Notes: generated from the sequence alone by a model not told the origin. A DNA stretch of 63,076 nt, filler included, from Octopus bimaculoides (GCF_001194135.2; 6 parts of 6 records of this genome joined end to end with filler, not necessarily neighbours in it), one strand, 5' to 3'. Positions 1-14,201 are shown, counted from the first letter of the whole stretch. Translations and numbers: made by a program.

Positions 1-591
1 AAAAAGGTTTTTTCATACTGAGCTACCCGGCAAAATTGTTAATTATTAATTTTATTACTAATTGACGATTCCCTGCCCTGCATATCTATATTTTAATAAT
101 AACTCTAAGGTGGATGGTTAAACTGCAGGAATTCGTACGAGTCTCTTTCCTATGCGGGAATATTTCTGATACACACTGAATTGAAATTCATTAGGGCGAG
201 GGATTTTGAACTTACTGGCCGATAAATTTCTTAACGTCTTCCTCACGTGGTATTGATGTTCACATGGTCAAAATTAACGTGAGTTATTTAGACATTAACA
301 AATTTAATGCTGAAAAGAAAAATCAAACTGCGTTTCAGCTCTGTGTGTGAGCATATGTGTGTATGTGTGTTCGTGTACAAGGGAAGTAGCAATGCTTTGT
401 CATGTTGATGCACCCCACCCGCACACCCGATGATGGAAGAGGAAGCGAACGCGCTGTTTCCTGATTGGCTGAAAAAATCTGAAAATCTCCAAAATTTGAA
501 CACCCGTAACATTTCTGCAAATTTTTTCTGGAATAGATGAATAAAAAACTTCGGATTCAGCGAAGTAAGATCCATGGAGGTAGAGTCCAAA

Positions 592-651
<60 letters not shown>

Positions 652-783
652 ATGTCTGTGTGTGTATACTCACACATTTACGGTGATGTGTCTTTATGTT
701 GGTGGTTGTCTCCCATTTCATCACCTGATAACCGATGTCGCATTGTTTATGTCTCCATAATTCAGCGATGCATTAATAGTAAG

Positions 784-930
784 CCGATAGAAATGTACCC
801 GAGTTAATAGTATAAAATAAGTACTGAGGGAGCTTTGGTCGATTAAGATACTTGAAGGCGGCGGTGTTCCAGCATGGGCGCAATCCGATGACTTCCACAA
901 GTAAAAGCAAAACATAAACGATAATAAAAG
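784..930 (+). mobile_element. SINE family A, 3' body/tail fragment
   Basis: Matches the tail of the fuller copies at 21950-22056 and 47290-47403 (GGCGGTGTTCCAGCATGG..GCA..ATGACT...AAGTAAAAG). Confidence 0.7.
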
Positions 931-1288
931 TACACCAGTTCTCATTTAAAGAACTAATAGCGACTGAATTCTGAGTAGGTCTAGAAGAGTTTTATAAGTT
1001 GATTCTCAAAATAACGGATATAACAAAGGGAGACTACTGTCCATATTCTTATTGGAGTCCAAATATAGCGTAACATACGAACACACACACACACACACAC
1101 ACAAAAAAGAGTAATTATAAAAGACAGCTGAAGATTATCTCCGGACAAACACTGCCATAAACTGGAGTTTCGCGAGGCATTCACCATAAATGTACTACAA
1201 ATATGGCTACTATATATACATAACCATAAATAATATACATAAATATACAGTATATGTGTGTGCGTGTGCGTGTGTGTGTGTGTGTGCG

Positions 1289-1322
<34 letters not shown>

Positions 1323-1358
1323 GATGTGTATAATTGTGTCTGTATGTTTGTATATCTA

Positions 1359-1419
<61 letters not shown>

Positions 1420-2008
1420 GTATATATGTATATATGTATATATATGTATATATTTATGTATGTATGTATGTATGTATGTATGTATATTTATGTAGGTATT
1501 CAAACATGTGCTTATACACAGTCGTATATGTATACTTGGAAACGTCAACACACCGGACCATTTTGCAGATGTGAAGCTGTAGTTTCTTTCTATTTCCGTA
1601 AAATTCCTGTTGAAACCTTGCCGATCCACAAAGTTCGTATTTAGAATGTTAAGCAGCGCTGTATTTAGAAAGGTTTAACTGGATTAAATATCCCCCCTCC
1701 ACCATACATATGCACGTACTCTCGCGCGCACAAACGCATACGTACCACGTATATGTGTATATATGTTTATAAATATATATGTGTGTGCGTGTGTGTGAAT
1801 GTGTGTGTGTGCCTGTGTGTGTGTAGCTGTGTTCGTTAGTGTACGTATGTGTGTGTAAATATATATCCATGTATAATACATATATATGTATATATACCTA
1901 TATATTTACATATGTATATACATGCATTTATATATATATACATAGATACATATATTTATATATATATATATGTCTATATATATATGCATATATATATATA
2001 TATATGTA

Positions 2009-2086
<78 letters not shown>

Positions 2087-2601
2087 CGTATATAAGAATA
2101 CGTAATGTATATATACACACACACGCAGTGCCTAAACACACTGAGATCTGCGTCTAGACAAGGTAACACACGACGAAGACATTCAATCGTCGCACACCAA
2201 AAATCAAAAAATCTCCAATTATATTACACACACACACACATACGTACATAATACACACATAATACACACATAATACATACACTCACACATACACTCACAC
2301 ATATACGCAGGTGTATTAAAACAGTCACATATATACGTTCATTCTCAAAATCACACACACACACACATTATGCATACACTGTACTGGAATATACGCGCAG
2401 GCAAATTTAATTTTGCGCTTAGGGTCAGATTCTTTGGAGAGAATTAAAGTAGATTCGCATTTGCCTGCCAACGGGATGTAATCTACATACAAAATTTCTG
2501 GAAACGAATCAAAGAGAAAATCAGGAATAATACGAGGGAAAATGAGTTTGGTCGTGTGAGTTCAGGCACTGGTGATGGACGGTTAGAGGAATACAAAAAT
2601 A

Positions 2602-2657
<56 letters not shown>

Positions 2658-2760
2658 ATCTATCTGTCTGTCTGCCTGTTTGTCTATGTATCTATCTATG
2701 CCTACCTTCTGCCTGTTTATCTCTCTATCAATTTATCTACCTACCTACCTACCTACCTAC

Positions 2761-2833
<73 letters not shown>

Positions 2834-3482
2834 GATCTATCTATCTATCTACCGCTCTTTCAGTCTGTATATATTTTCTGCTTGCCTGTTTGTCTGTTTG
2901 TCTGCGTGGCTACGTTTTTAGTAAGACAGTAGAAAGGAAATTTTAAGGGGAAGAATAGAAAAGATTTGAGACAATATAAAACGAAACAACGGCGAAAGCA
3001 ATACAACCACTGCTGCTCACACCTCCTCTTCCTAGCCCCTCCTCCTCCTCCTCCTCCTCCTCCTCCTCCNNNNNNNNNNNNNNNNNNNNNNNNNNNNNNN
3101 NNNNNNNNNNNNNNNNNNNNNNNNNNNNNNNNNNNNNNNNNNNNNNNNNNNNNNNNNNNNNNNNNNNNNNNNNNNNNNNNNNNNNNNNNNNNNNNNNNNN
3201 NNNNNNNNNNNNNNNNNNNNNNNNNNNNNNNNNNNNNNNNNNNNNNNNNNNNNNNNNNNNNNNNNNNNNNNNNNNNNNNNNNNNNNNNNNNNNNNNNNNN
3301 NNNNNNNNNNNNNNNNNNNNNNNNNNNNNNNNNNNNNNNNNNNNNNNNNNNNNNNNNNNNNNNNNNNNNNNNNNNNNNNNNNNGTTTGCGTGCGTGCGTG
3401 TGCGTGCGTGTTTGCGTGTGTATGTATATGTATAGTTTTGGTGAGGCAAACAGTAAAATAGAACCATCTTTATAATAATAAC

Positions 3483-3546
<64 letters not shown>

Positions 3547-3744
3547 TTAATAATAACAATAATACACATGACTCTGTAAATGAACAATCTAGTGTGTTCC
3601 TTTTAATGGTCTACCAATGTATATAGTATGTTTTTCTGCCCTAGGTGTCAAGAAGACTCTCAGCAAGAAATGAAAACTGAATTGAGAGATGTTAATGAAA
3701 ATGATAATAATAATATGATATATATATGCATATATATGTACACA

Positions 3745-3822
<78 letters not shown>

Positions 3823-4306
3823 CATGTATATATGTATATGTATGTATAGGAATTTCTATATAGCTTTGTGATGCTTGAAATATATATATATATATGAATG
3901 GGAAACTATTTTTTTTCCCTTTCAATATTGTTCTCCTGAAATTATTGGTGTATCGTATTATAAAAGCAACTTTCGCTTAAGATGTTTGAGTTGCCAGAAA
4001 ACATAAACTTCAGACCCAATTAATGGCTGTCGTTGTTGAAAGCACTAAGGCGACAGATAGTGGAATACAACTAACAAATCTCGGATTGTACTGCTGTTGT
4101 ATAAATCAAACGTATTTGACTGGATCTATAACGATATACTTACAAATATCTTACAAGATGGGTCTTACAGACGAGTTGGTGTTTATTTGTCTGCTATATC
4201 TTATAACGTTGCTACAATATGATGCAAAAAGTCAATTTAGATTTCAAATCTGGAGTGACTTTCGTTCTTAATTAGTATCTTCTATATTTCTTATTCCGCC
4301 AGTTTT

Positions 4307-4560
4307 GTTCAACATTCTTAAACAATTCTTATTCAGGGACCTTTTGAGTGGGATGGGCTACTCAACACGAAGAAAATTTTAACTGGGCCCCCACCTGCAA
4401 GATTATGCGATGTTTATCTTGATATGACATCACCATGTCGTGCATGTGATGCATGTGCCTGGTATACCCTTATCAGTCGTGTAGTCATGATGGGTATACT
4501 GGGCTTCGTATATTTTACCCCAGTGTCACTGTGACGGCATGTACTTATCTCTCACTCAAC

Positions 4561-4629
<69 letters not shown>

Positions 4630-4749
4630 TAATTGGAGAGCATCATAGCCTTGTGTTGAGAGGAATTCTTTTGAATTTGGATAATTAACGTTTGGAAACA
4701 TGGGTGTTTCGTTCAACATCCTTAAACAACCCTTATTCAGGGACCTTTT
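4307..4749 (+). repeat. Element bounded by 39-bp direct repeats (404-bp period) with an internal (AAT)n tract
   Basis: GTTCAACATTCTTAAACAATTCTTATTCAGGGACCTTTT at 4307-4345 recurs at 4711-4749 with 3 C/T differences; (AAT)n at 4561-4629. Confidence 0.7.
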
Positions 4750-5116
4750 TAAGAAGGACACGGCTTGACAATGTCATATACAAGATACATAGCCGAGATA
4801 TTCAGAGATGCTGAATAAACTGTACACAGTTTGCAAAGGCGCCACATAAGTAGAATAAAATTCAGCTTATGCAATAGAATCGTATGCAATTTAATTGTAA
4901 AATCTTTATCAAATAATCTACTTAATATATGTGCGTTGCTGAAAACTCAGAGCCTGCGGCGTTTGTGCGGGAAAAATTCTTTTATAGGCATATTGTTTAA
5001 AAAATACACAATAACCTCTACATCTCGGCAAAAGGAATTCACCCCGGAACTAATCAGAAGTACAACTGATACATGTTTCGCCGTAATTGCGGTTCGTCAA
5101 TAATATGTACTCGTAA

Positions 5117-5330
5117 GGAAGTGAGTTGGCAGAAGTGTAAGGTACGTCGGGCAAAATGCTTAGCGGCAATTCGTCCGTCTTTACGTTCTGAGTTCAAATT
5201 TCGCCCAGATCGATTTTGTCGTTCATCCTTTCGGTGTTGAAAAATCAAGTACCAGTTACGCACTGGAGTCGATGTAATCGACTTAACCACCCCCCCGGAA
5301 TTGCAGATCAAGTGCTAAAATTTGAAACCA
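5117..5330 (+). mobile_element. SINE family B (tRNA-like head)
   Basis: Box A-like TGGCAGAAGTGT and box B-like GAGTTCAAAT, then TTCATCCTTTCGG..GA.AAAAT.AAGTACCAG..CACTGG.GTCGATGTAATCGAC; homologous copies elsewhere in the window. Confidence 0.85.
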
Positions 5331-6274
5331 GAAATTAGGTACTGTGTCACTTCTGAAACGAAATGGGATCGGCCAGTCTGAAGTTCATACCGACGATGTA
5401 TAAATTATAAACTAATTTGCAAAGCCAGCGTATAGTAATTTTATCTCAGTTTATCCAAAACCTTTGTTATGTGAAGAGCAAATGCCTAAAATCAAAAGCC
5501 GGATAGCATAATCGTAATACATCTGTTCACAAATTTTGTAATACAAATAAACGGGAGACTCACAAAATAAACCACAGTTTCGAAGCGTACGACATGGAAA
5601 AGTTTCACTCTCTAACAACCGCTTACAGTTTGCTTCAGGAGGAGGTCACACTGGGAACTAGAATTCAATGGCACGAATCGTTGGAATTTTTCACAAACCA
5701 GTCAAATAACCAACTGTGGTTTGTTGCTCCATAGTGCATCCTTTTAACTAACACGTGACAAGCATCTTCTCATCTTTCCGTCACGTAATTTTCGTATTTA
5801 TCCCTTTCTCGCACCATGATTTTCAATATTGCAAAAGAATTAAAGTACACCCCATTCTTTCGTTTCTTTTCCGTTAGATTTCCTGCACCGGCTTACATGA
5901 AAGAATGCTGAGTAAAGGACACGAAAGCTGCAGTGACGTTTTCACAGGCTCACGCGGAACATAAACACACACACACAAGCATGCCAAGAACCACACAAGC
6001 GCATGAATATACGTACACATATATATATATACATACATACAAACATACATATATATATATATCTAAGCATATACACACACAGACATACAGACGCATATTC
6101 GTAAACACTACTTAATTGTATATACAAGGCGAACGCGAAGTTGTGTCACAAAGTTTTGCATCACAAATATGTCAATATATCGACAAATTAAGGGTTACAC
6201 ACGCGAATATAAACATATACGTATATATTTATATATACACGTATGTATACGTATACATATATAACATATTTATA

Positions 6275-6409
<135 letters not shown>

Positions 6410-6976
6410 GAATATATATATATATGAACTGAGTGAGATTGTTATAGAGATATATCGATAGATACGTCTATGCATAGATACAAAAATATAGACAGAGACA
6501 AACAGACAGACGGTTAGAAAGGTATGCAGGCAGACAGACAGAAAGATATAAAAATAAATTGATTGATAAACAGTTAGATGTATCGATAGATAGGTAGATA
6601 GAGAGATAAATAAATTGATTGACAGACAGACTGAGAGCAAGACGGATAGATAGATAGATAGATAGATAGGTTGGTAGGCAGGTAAATAGATAGGTAGATC
6701 GATCGATCGAACAGTCAAGTCAGCAGATCGATGCTGACAATTAGGCACCTCCACAGAAATAGAAGGTTGACTGTACCTGAAGACGGGCAAAGAAGCGTCG
6801 AGGTCTTCAGAACTTAATATAAAATCTTTGTTCTTGTAGAGATTAATCCAAAGTCGGAATCTTAGAATCTTCACAGAACGAAAACATCAAACACTAAATG
6901 GCTTTTATAACCTCTTTCTTCAGTTCTGGTGCTAGTTAGGGGTCGTCGGTGCCAGCGTGTGTGCGTGGAGATGCTA

Positions 6977-6977
<1 letters not shown>

Positions 6978-7015
<38 letters not shown>

Positions 7016-7460
7016 GTGTGTGTGTGTGCGTGTGCGTGCGTGCGTGTGTGTGTATGTTGGTTATATGTGTAGAGTGTACGTTCGTTGCATGTTGCATGTG
7101 TCTGTGTGTGTAGTTATATGTGTGTGTGCGTACGTTTGCTGCGTGTTGCTTGTGTCTGTGTGTGTGTACGTTCGTTGCATGTATCTGTGTGTGTGTGTGT
7201 GTGTGTGTATGTATATGTGTGTGTGTATGTTCGTTGCATGTTACTTGTCTCTGTGTGTGTACGTATATGTGTGTGAGTGTACGTTCGTAGCATGTTGCTT
7301 ATGTCTGTGTGTGTGTATGTATATATGTGTGTGCTGAGTGTAAATATGTGTGAGTATATGTGACTGTGAGCGAATACAGGTTTGTGTCTGTGTGTGCGTG
7401 TGTATGCGTTCATTATGTGTGTGTGAGCAGACGATCGTTGCATGTTGCGTTTGTGTGTGT
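6978..7460. repeat. (GT)n-derived cryptic minisatellite
   Basis: Anchor GTACGTTCGTTGCATGTTGC recurs, with variants, near 7076, 7130, 7166, 7225, 7279 and 7431, separated by GT-rich spacers. Confidence 0.75.
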
Positions 7461-7687
7461 GTATCTATGTGTGTGTTGAGCGTGAATATGTGTATGTGTA
7501 AACGTCTGTGTCCGTAAGTGTGTCTCATATACGCATGGCTCTTACATGGTGTGTGCGTATTGTGTGTATACGTACATGTGCACGTACGTGTGTGTGTGTT
7601 GACAGAGAGAGAGAGAGAGAGAGACGAACACACGCAAAGACAGAGAGAAAGTGCGAATATGCTTGTGGCATACTTGTGAATGTGTAT

Positions 7688-7733
<46 letters not shown>

Positions 7734-7869
7734 ACATATATATATATATACATATATGNNNNNNNNNNNNNNNNNNNNNNNNNNNNNNNNNNNNNNNNNN
7801 NNNNNNNNNNNNNNNNNNNNNNNNNNNNNNNNNNNNNNNNNNNNNNNNNNNNNNNTTGTGAATGTGTAT

Positions 7870-7915
<46 letters not shown>

Positions 7916-8242
7916 ACATATATATATATATACATATATGCCTGTGAATATGTCTATGTATGTGTGTGTATATGTCTGTTTAATATATATATATATATAT
8001 ATATGCTTGTAAATATGTATGATGTGTGTGTGTATGTATGTCGTATGTCAAGTGTGCTTGTGGGTCTGTGTGTATGTGCGGTATATCGTGTGTATGCGTG
8101 TGTGTTCGATTTTTGTGTGTGTTTGTGCAGTTGTCTCATTCATTGCGTGTCTTCCAGTTTGTGTAGTTCTCGCGTGTGTATGTGCGTGCGTTCCTTATGA
8201 GATATGTGCCTGTACGAGTGTGTATGCATGTATGCATAAGGA

Positions 8243-8275
<33 letters not shown>

Positions 8276-8494
8276 CTATGTGTGTAGCTGTGTGTCGAAT
8301 TTTTTGTGAGCTTCAGTCGGGTAGCGACAGCCTGGCATCTGCCGCCTCTGCGCGCACGTGTACTCATGGGTATATGAATGCGTTTTACGTAAGTATGAAC
8401 AAATGGATATATAGACAGACAGCTAGACAGATCGATAGCGAAGTCGATCGATACTTATATACAAATATAATGTATACACCTGTATACATGTATG

Positions 8495-8711
8495 CAATGC
8501 CGGATTTAGCATCTGCATAGGTGTACTTAAGTACAGGGCCCCGTTGACCAGGGGAGCCCATCTTCTCTATCTTCGTGTCCCCCAATTTTTTTACGATGAG
8601 TTTTCCAAATGTCAAGCATTCAAATAAGGGGCCTCAAATGTCAAACTTTCCAAGCAAGGGGCCTTATAACGTAACTAGGACAGGGTCACATTTGTCCTAA
8701 ATCTGGCACTG
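8495..8711. mobile_element. hAT-type MITE, 217 bp
   Basis: 15-bp TIRs CAATGCCGGATTTAG (8495-8509) and CTAAATCTGGCACTG (8697-8711), 2 mismatches; flanking 8-mers CATGTATG and TATGTATA match at 6/8, consistent with a decayed 8-bp TSD. Confidence 0.7.
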
Positions 8712-8794
8712 TATGTATATCAGATTCTGTATCTCTGATGATATTCATCTCTGAATGTCTGTCTCTCTACATACAGTTACGTGAATGTGTGGTA

Positions 8795-8964
8795 GGCGCA
8801 GGCGTGGCTGTGGCGTAAGAAGCTTGCTTCCCAACCACAAGGTTCCGGGTTCAGTTCAACTGCGTGGCATCTTCGGCAAGTGTCTTTTACTATAGCCTTA
8901 GGCTGATCAAAGCCTTGTAAGTCTATTTGGTAGACAGAATCTGAAAGAAGACCGTCGTATATAT
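8795..8964 (+). mobile_element. SINE family A head (tRNA-like, CORE-like block)
   Basis: GGCGCAGGCGTGGCTGTG..GTAAGAAGCTTGCTTCCCAACCAC..GGTTCCGGGTTCAGT...GGCAAGTGTCTT..ACTATAGCC; runs into (TA)n and a gap. Confidence 0.9.
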
Positions 8965-9826
8965 NNNNNNNNNNNNNNNNNNNNNNNNNNNNNNNNNNNN
9001 NNNNNNNNNNNNNNNNNNNNNNNNNNNNNNNNNNNNNNNNNNNNNNNNNNNNNNNNNNNNNNNNNNNNNNNNNNNNNNNNNNNNNNNNNNNNNNNNNNNN
9101 NNNNNNNNNNNNNNNNNNNNNNNNNNNNNNNNNNNNNNNNNNNNNNNNNNNNNNNNNNNNNNNNNNNNNNNNNNNNNNNNNNNNNNNNNNNNNNNNNNNN
9201 NNNNNNNNNNNNNNNNNNNNNNNNNNNNNNNNNNNNNNNNNNNNNNNNNNNNNNNNNNNNNNNNNNNNNNNNNNNNNNNNNNNNNNNNNNNNNNNNNNNN
9301 NNNNNNNNNNNNNNNNNNNNNNNNNNNNNNNNNNNNNNNNNNNNNNNNNNNNNNNNNNNNNNNNNNTATATATATATATATATATATATTATATATTTTA
9401 TACCAAATACATTATATTTGGTAATATATCTGCAAATGTACAACAAACAACATACTTCACACTCACTCACACATACGTATACACACAGCTATATCCATTG
9501 ATACTGTTGTGCTTACAAGTTAAACTTTGTACAGAGGGGAACTGGAGTGCACAAAGCACCTAACGTATCTACATAGGGGCAGTTTCGTATTAGTACAGAT
9601 TTATATAATCCATGGTGGTTTAGTGCAGCGAGATTTTAAGGTTAGATAATGTACGATGAACGAGAAGACATACGCATATACAAGAAAGTTTACATACGCA
9701 TGTCTCAAGATTCGGAAGCTTAATTTTGAATCCTTTTTTCAGTCTCCTTTAATAGACTAATCTTTATTTTTCTTTATATTCAACCCTCACCACGCAAACA
9801 TATATACAGACAATTTATATGCTAAT

Positions 9827-9984
9827 AGGAGTGGCTGTGTGGTAAGTGGCTTGCTTACCAACCACATGGTTCCAGGTTCAATCTCATTGCGTGGCAAATT
9901 GGGCAAGTGTCTTCTACTATAGCCTCAAGCCGTCCAAAGCCTTGTGAGTGGATTTGGCAGACAAAAACAGAAAGAAGCCCGTCG

Positions 9985-10040
<56 letters not shown>
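9827..10040 (+). mobile_element. SINE family A head plus (TA)n(GT)n
   Basis: Same consensus as 8795-8964. Confidence 0.9.
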
Positions 10041-10041
<1 letters not shown>

Positions 10042-11004
10042 GTCTCTTATCGGATATATTTATGCATTTATAATTTATACTGGACTATGTGTATATGGAT
10101 ATGAATGCTTATATGAACGCATATCTATATGTATGGCTCAATGTATAAGTGTGTATATGTATCTGTGTATGTATGCACGTTTGTACGACCTATATAATGT
10201 AGTCATATTTATTTCACCTGCATAATGAGGGAAATTGTGAGAAATTGAAAACGCTGCCACTATCAACACCACCGCTGTTGCCGCCGCTGCTGCTGCTATC
10301 GTTGTTGATGCTGCTGCTGCTGGTGATGGTGGTGATGATAATGATGTGAAGTGGGAGGAAAATGACGATGAGTGGGTGGACAAATATCTTGTGTGATGTA
10401 GATGGCGCTTCTAGTGCAATGATTTTGGCAGGTGTAATTAAGTCTTGCGCTCTAGGTAAAGAATTATATGAAGACAATTTTCGAACAACACACTCTCCTC
10501 CACCTCTCTCTGCCTCTCTTTTTCTCTCGCCCTCTCTGTCCATCTCTTTCTTTCTCTCTTACAGCCACACACACATTTGAACTCGCCCCCACACACATAC
10601 ACACAAATGGACGTTCATACATAAACCGCCGACGCTTACAGACGCATGCTGTACACATTTGCACAATATCTCCGCATTCACACGCACAAAGAAGGAAAAG
10701 CTGACAAACAATAAAATCAAATTGAACATGTTACAATTATGTTATAATTAATTAGAACATAAGATGTAATGAAATATCGCTATGTAAACGATTAAACTAA
10801 TATGTAATACCATTTCTACAGAAAAATGACACTAATTAAACATAAGGAAAAGTCCACGAGTATAAAAGTATATATAGATATATGTATGTATGTATGTATG
10901 TATATAGTTATGTAGTTATCAGAATAATATCAAAACCTCTGTAGCTCAGTAGAGGTGTTAGTACATAGTTTTACAAAGAGTGACTATTCATAGTTAATAA
11001 TATA

Positions 11005-11491
11005 CGAGGGTGAGTCAAAAAGTAATGTCATTTTGTTTAGAACACGTTATAATTACCAACACAAGAATATGTATCATACATCAAAATGAAGCTGGTCCTC
11101 TGTGGATCACATCCCTACCTCTCAACATAGTCACTGTTTCTCTCAATAATAATGTTCCACCTTCGAATGAGAGCATGTATCCCTGCCCAGTAAAATTCTA
11201 TTGACTGTTCTTTGAGCCACCTCTTCACTACAGTTTTCACTTCCTCGTCACTGGAATAATTTAGCGCCTTCAGACTACCATCTCTTCGGTCCCATGAAAG
11301 AGGGTTTGAGAGGTAGACATTATTCCAGTGACGAGGAAGTGAAAACTGTAGTGAAGAAGTGGCTCAAAGAACCATCAACAGAATTTTACGAGGCAGGGAT
11401 ACATGCTCTCATTCGAAGGTGGAACATTGCTATTGAGAGAAACGGTGATTATGTTGAGAAGTAGGGATGTGATCCACAGAGGACCAGCTTC
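11005..11491. mobile_element. Mariner 3'-end fold-back element
   Basis: TA followed by TIR-like CGAGGGTGAGTCAAAAAG at 11003; inverted arms 11088-11260 and 11319-11491; 11261-11464 (+) translates LAPSDYHLFGPMKEGLRGRHYSSDEEVKTVVKKWL...NGDYVEK*, a mariner transposase C-terminus. Confidence 0.9.
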
Positions 11492-11759
11492 CAACAAGTG
11501 TTTCTATACTATTTTTCAAAGGAATAATCGGTCTAATGACTGGCTACATACAGCGCGCCTTCTAATCGCTTCCAGCCTCTGCTTGTGGTTATCCGCATTG
11601 GGTACAAGTTACCAGGTGTAATCACTTACGTCTTTCTGTCTCCTCCTCTTTTGTTCTATATTTTGTAGCTTTCATTATGAATGTTAAAACAAAAATTGAA
11701 TTTAAAGCCATTTTACGGTACCTGTGGAAATAAGGACGAAGTCAAAGAGCAACGAAAAA

Positions 11760-12055
11760 AAAACAAAAAAAAAAAACTTGTGGCACAAAACTGGTTCAGA
11801 TGTTTCAAAGAAGGTGACATCAGCTTCGAAGTCAATGAGATCGTCTGTTATGGGAGATGAAGCCTTGCTTAAAATAATTGAAAAACAATCAAACGTAACT
11901 ACTCCTACTTTGTCGGTAAAACTTGGTCCTTCAGAAAGCACCGTCAATCAGCCCCTCCATAAGCTCAGCTTTGTGAACAGACGCTGTCGCGAAGCTCCTC
12001 ATAAATTGATCAATGACCAGGCACAATGACGAATGAACGTTAGCAAACACTTGCT
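11760..12055 (+). mobile_element. Mariner transposase N-terminal (HTH) relic
   Basis: Translates AQNWFRCFKEGDISFE...DEALLKIIEKQSNVTT..LSVKLG.SESTV..LHKL...EAPHKL, with frameshifts and a stop; resembles mariner WFxxF.xG and WVPHEL motifs. Confidence 0.75.
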
Positions 12056-12289
12056 GGCAATCTCTGCGTCTCCCGTTTTTTTTTTCTTTTTTGCGTCGCA
12101 TTGTAACCTGAGATGAAAAATTGATTTATTTTCATAATCCTAATGAGAGAAATCAGTGACTTCGTTCCGGCCAGGCCAGGCTTCAGAAGCTATTGTCAGA
12201 CGAAAGCAGTCCGTATAGAAGGTCATTTTGTGTTTTGTGGAATTTTGGGGACGCGTTGCATTGGAAGCTTGCCCCAGATAGTCATACTA

Positions 12290-12396
12290 GCGTCATCATC
12301 ATCGTCGTCGTCCTCTTCCCCTCCTCATCCTCATCCTCCTCATCGTCATCGTCGTCGTCGTCATCGTCGTCGTCGTCATCATCGTCGTCGTCGTCG

Positions 12397-12443
<47 letters not shown>

Positions 12444-12541
12444 GTTATTACTATCATAATTTTTTATTAAAAAAAACCGCCTTTGCATTCTTCCCCCTTA
12501 TTTTTCGCCCTTGTGACAAATAAATCAAATTATTATTATTA

Positions 12542-12602
<61 letters not shown>

Positions 12603-12625
12603 TGTTATCATTATTATTATTATTG
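12290..12625. repeat. Compound (TCG/TCA)n and (ATT)n microsatellites
   Basis: Direct reading; source of the poly-S, poly-H and poly-D ORFs. Confidence 0.95.
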
Positions 12626-12704
12626 TTATCTTTAACCTGTGCATGCATGTTATGTTTAATCAGGTATGTGTATGTGAGTGTGTATACTTCTGTATCTGTG
12701 TATT

Positions 12705-12745
<41 letters not shown>

Positions 12746-13083
12746 GCGTGTGAATCAACGGCCAGGTGTTGTGCCAAGACACTTAAATCTGTGGTAGGAA
12801 GTACCACCCGTTTGTGAAGACTTTTGGCTCGAATAATCGCAAAGCTGGAGGCGCTTCGGCAACAATCTCACTTGAAACATTCTCTACGTTGTGTGATTTG
12901 CGTAATAGATATCTTCCTCTCCTGCAGAAAGCAACACACACACACACACGCTCAAATACATGCATACCTACATACATACATACATACATACATACATACA
13001 TACATACAAACATACATACATACATACATTCAGTTTCTATCTCTCTCTCTCTTCCACACAGACACACACATATATATAAAATA

Positions 13084-13142
<59 letters not shown>

Positions 13143-14102
13143 NNNNNNNNNNNNNNNNNNNNNNNNNNNNNNNNNNNNNNNNNNNNNNNNNNNNNNNNNN
13201 NNNNNNNNNNNNNNNNNNNNNNNNNNNNNNNNNNNNNNNNNNNNNNNNNNNNNNNNNNNNNNNNNNNNNNNNNNNNNNNNNNNNNNNNNNNNNNNNNNNN
13301 NNNNNNNNNNNNNNNNNNNNNNNNNNNNNNNNNNNNNNNNNNNNNNNNNNNNNNNNNNNNNNNNNNNNNNNNNNNNNNNNNNNNNNNNNNNNNNNNNNNN
13401 NNNNNNNNNNNNNNNNNNNNNNNNNNNNNNNNNNNNNNNNNNNNNNNNNNNNNNNNNNNNNNNNNNNNNNNNNNNNNNNNNNNNNNNNNNNNNNNNNNNN
13501 NNNNNNNNNNTATATATATATGTATACATATATATATATACATGCACCCACACACACGCATACATACGGCCATGCATATGTGTTGTGTGGGTGTGTGTAT
13601 GTCTCATGAATGCTGTTATGTATGTAGAATAAGGAAGTACTAGTTATACTTAACGAACAAGAAGAGAGAAAGAGAAAGGAAAAAGAGAGACAAAGAAAAA
13701 GAGATAAAGAGAAAGAGAGACGAGACGCTGAGAGAGAGAGAGAGAAGAGGAATTGAGGAAGAATGGAGGGGTGGTAGGGAGAGGAATATACAACAAAGAT
13801 CATCGAGGGTAGCATGCACTCGAAAGCAAGGAACCTGCAAGGAAGTAATTTTGCGAAGATAAAAGAGAGTAGATTTTTAATAAAGACATCAAAGAACGAC
13901 AACTCTTGGGCCGAAAGATATAAATAGAACCGATATCAAAGTGTCAGAAAGTTCTCGGCGTTGGAAGGTAATAATGCTAATGATGATGGTTGTGATAATG
14001 ATGATGGTTGTGATAATGGTGATGGCGAGGGTGGCATTGCTACTGCTGCAGCTGGTGGTGCTGCTGCTGAATATGGTGATAAAGGTGGTGATTGTCACGA
14101 TG

Positions 14103-14135
<33 letters not shown>

Positions 14136-14201
14136 AATGACGACGACGATGATGATGAAGATAATGATGACAACAACGAAGATGAAGATGATGATGTCGA
14201 C

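Noticed and set aside
7674-7940. Apparent direct repeat on both sides of the 7759-7855 gap
   Set aside because: The identical flanks end in microsatellite; most likely unmerged overlapping contig ends.
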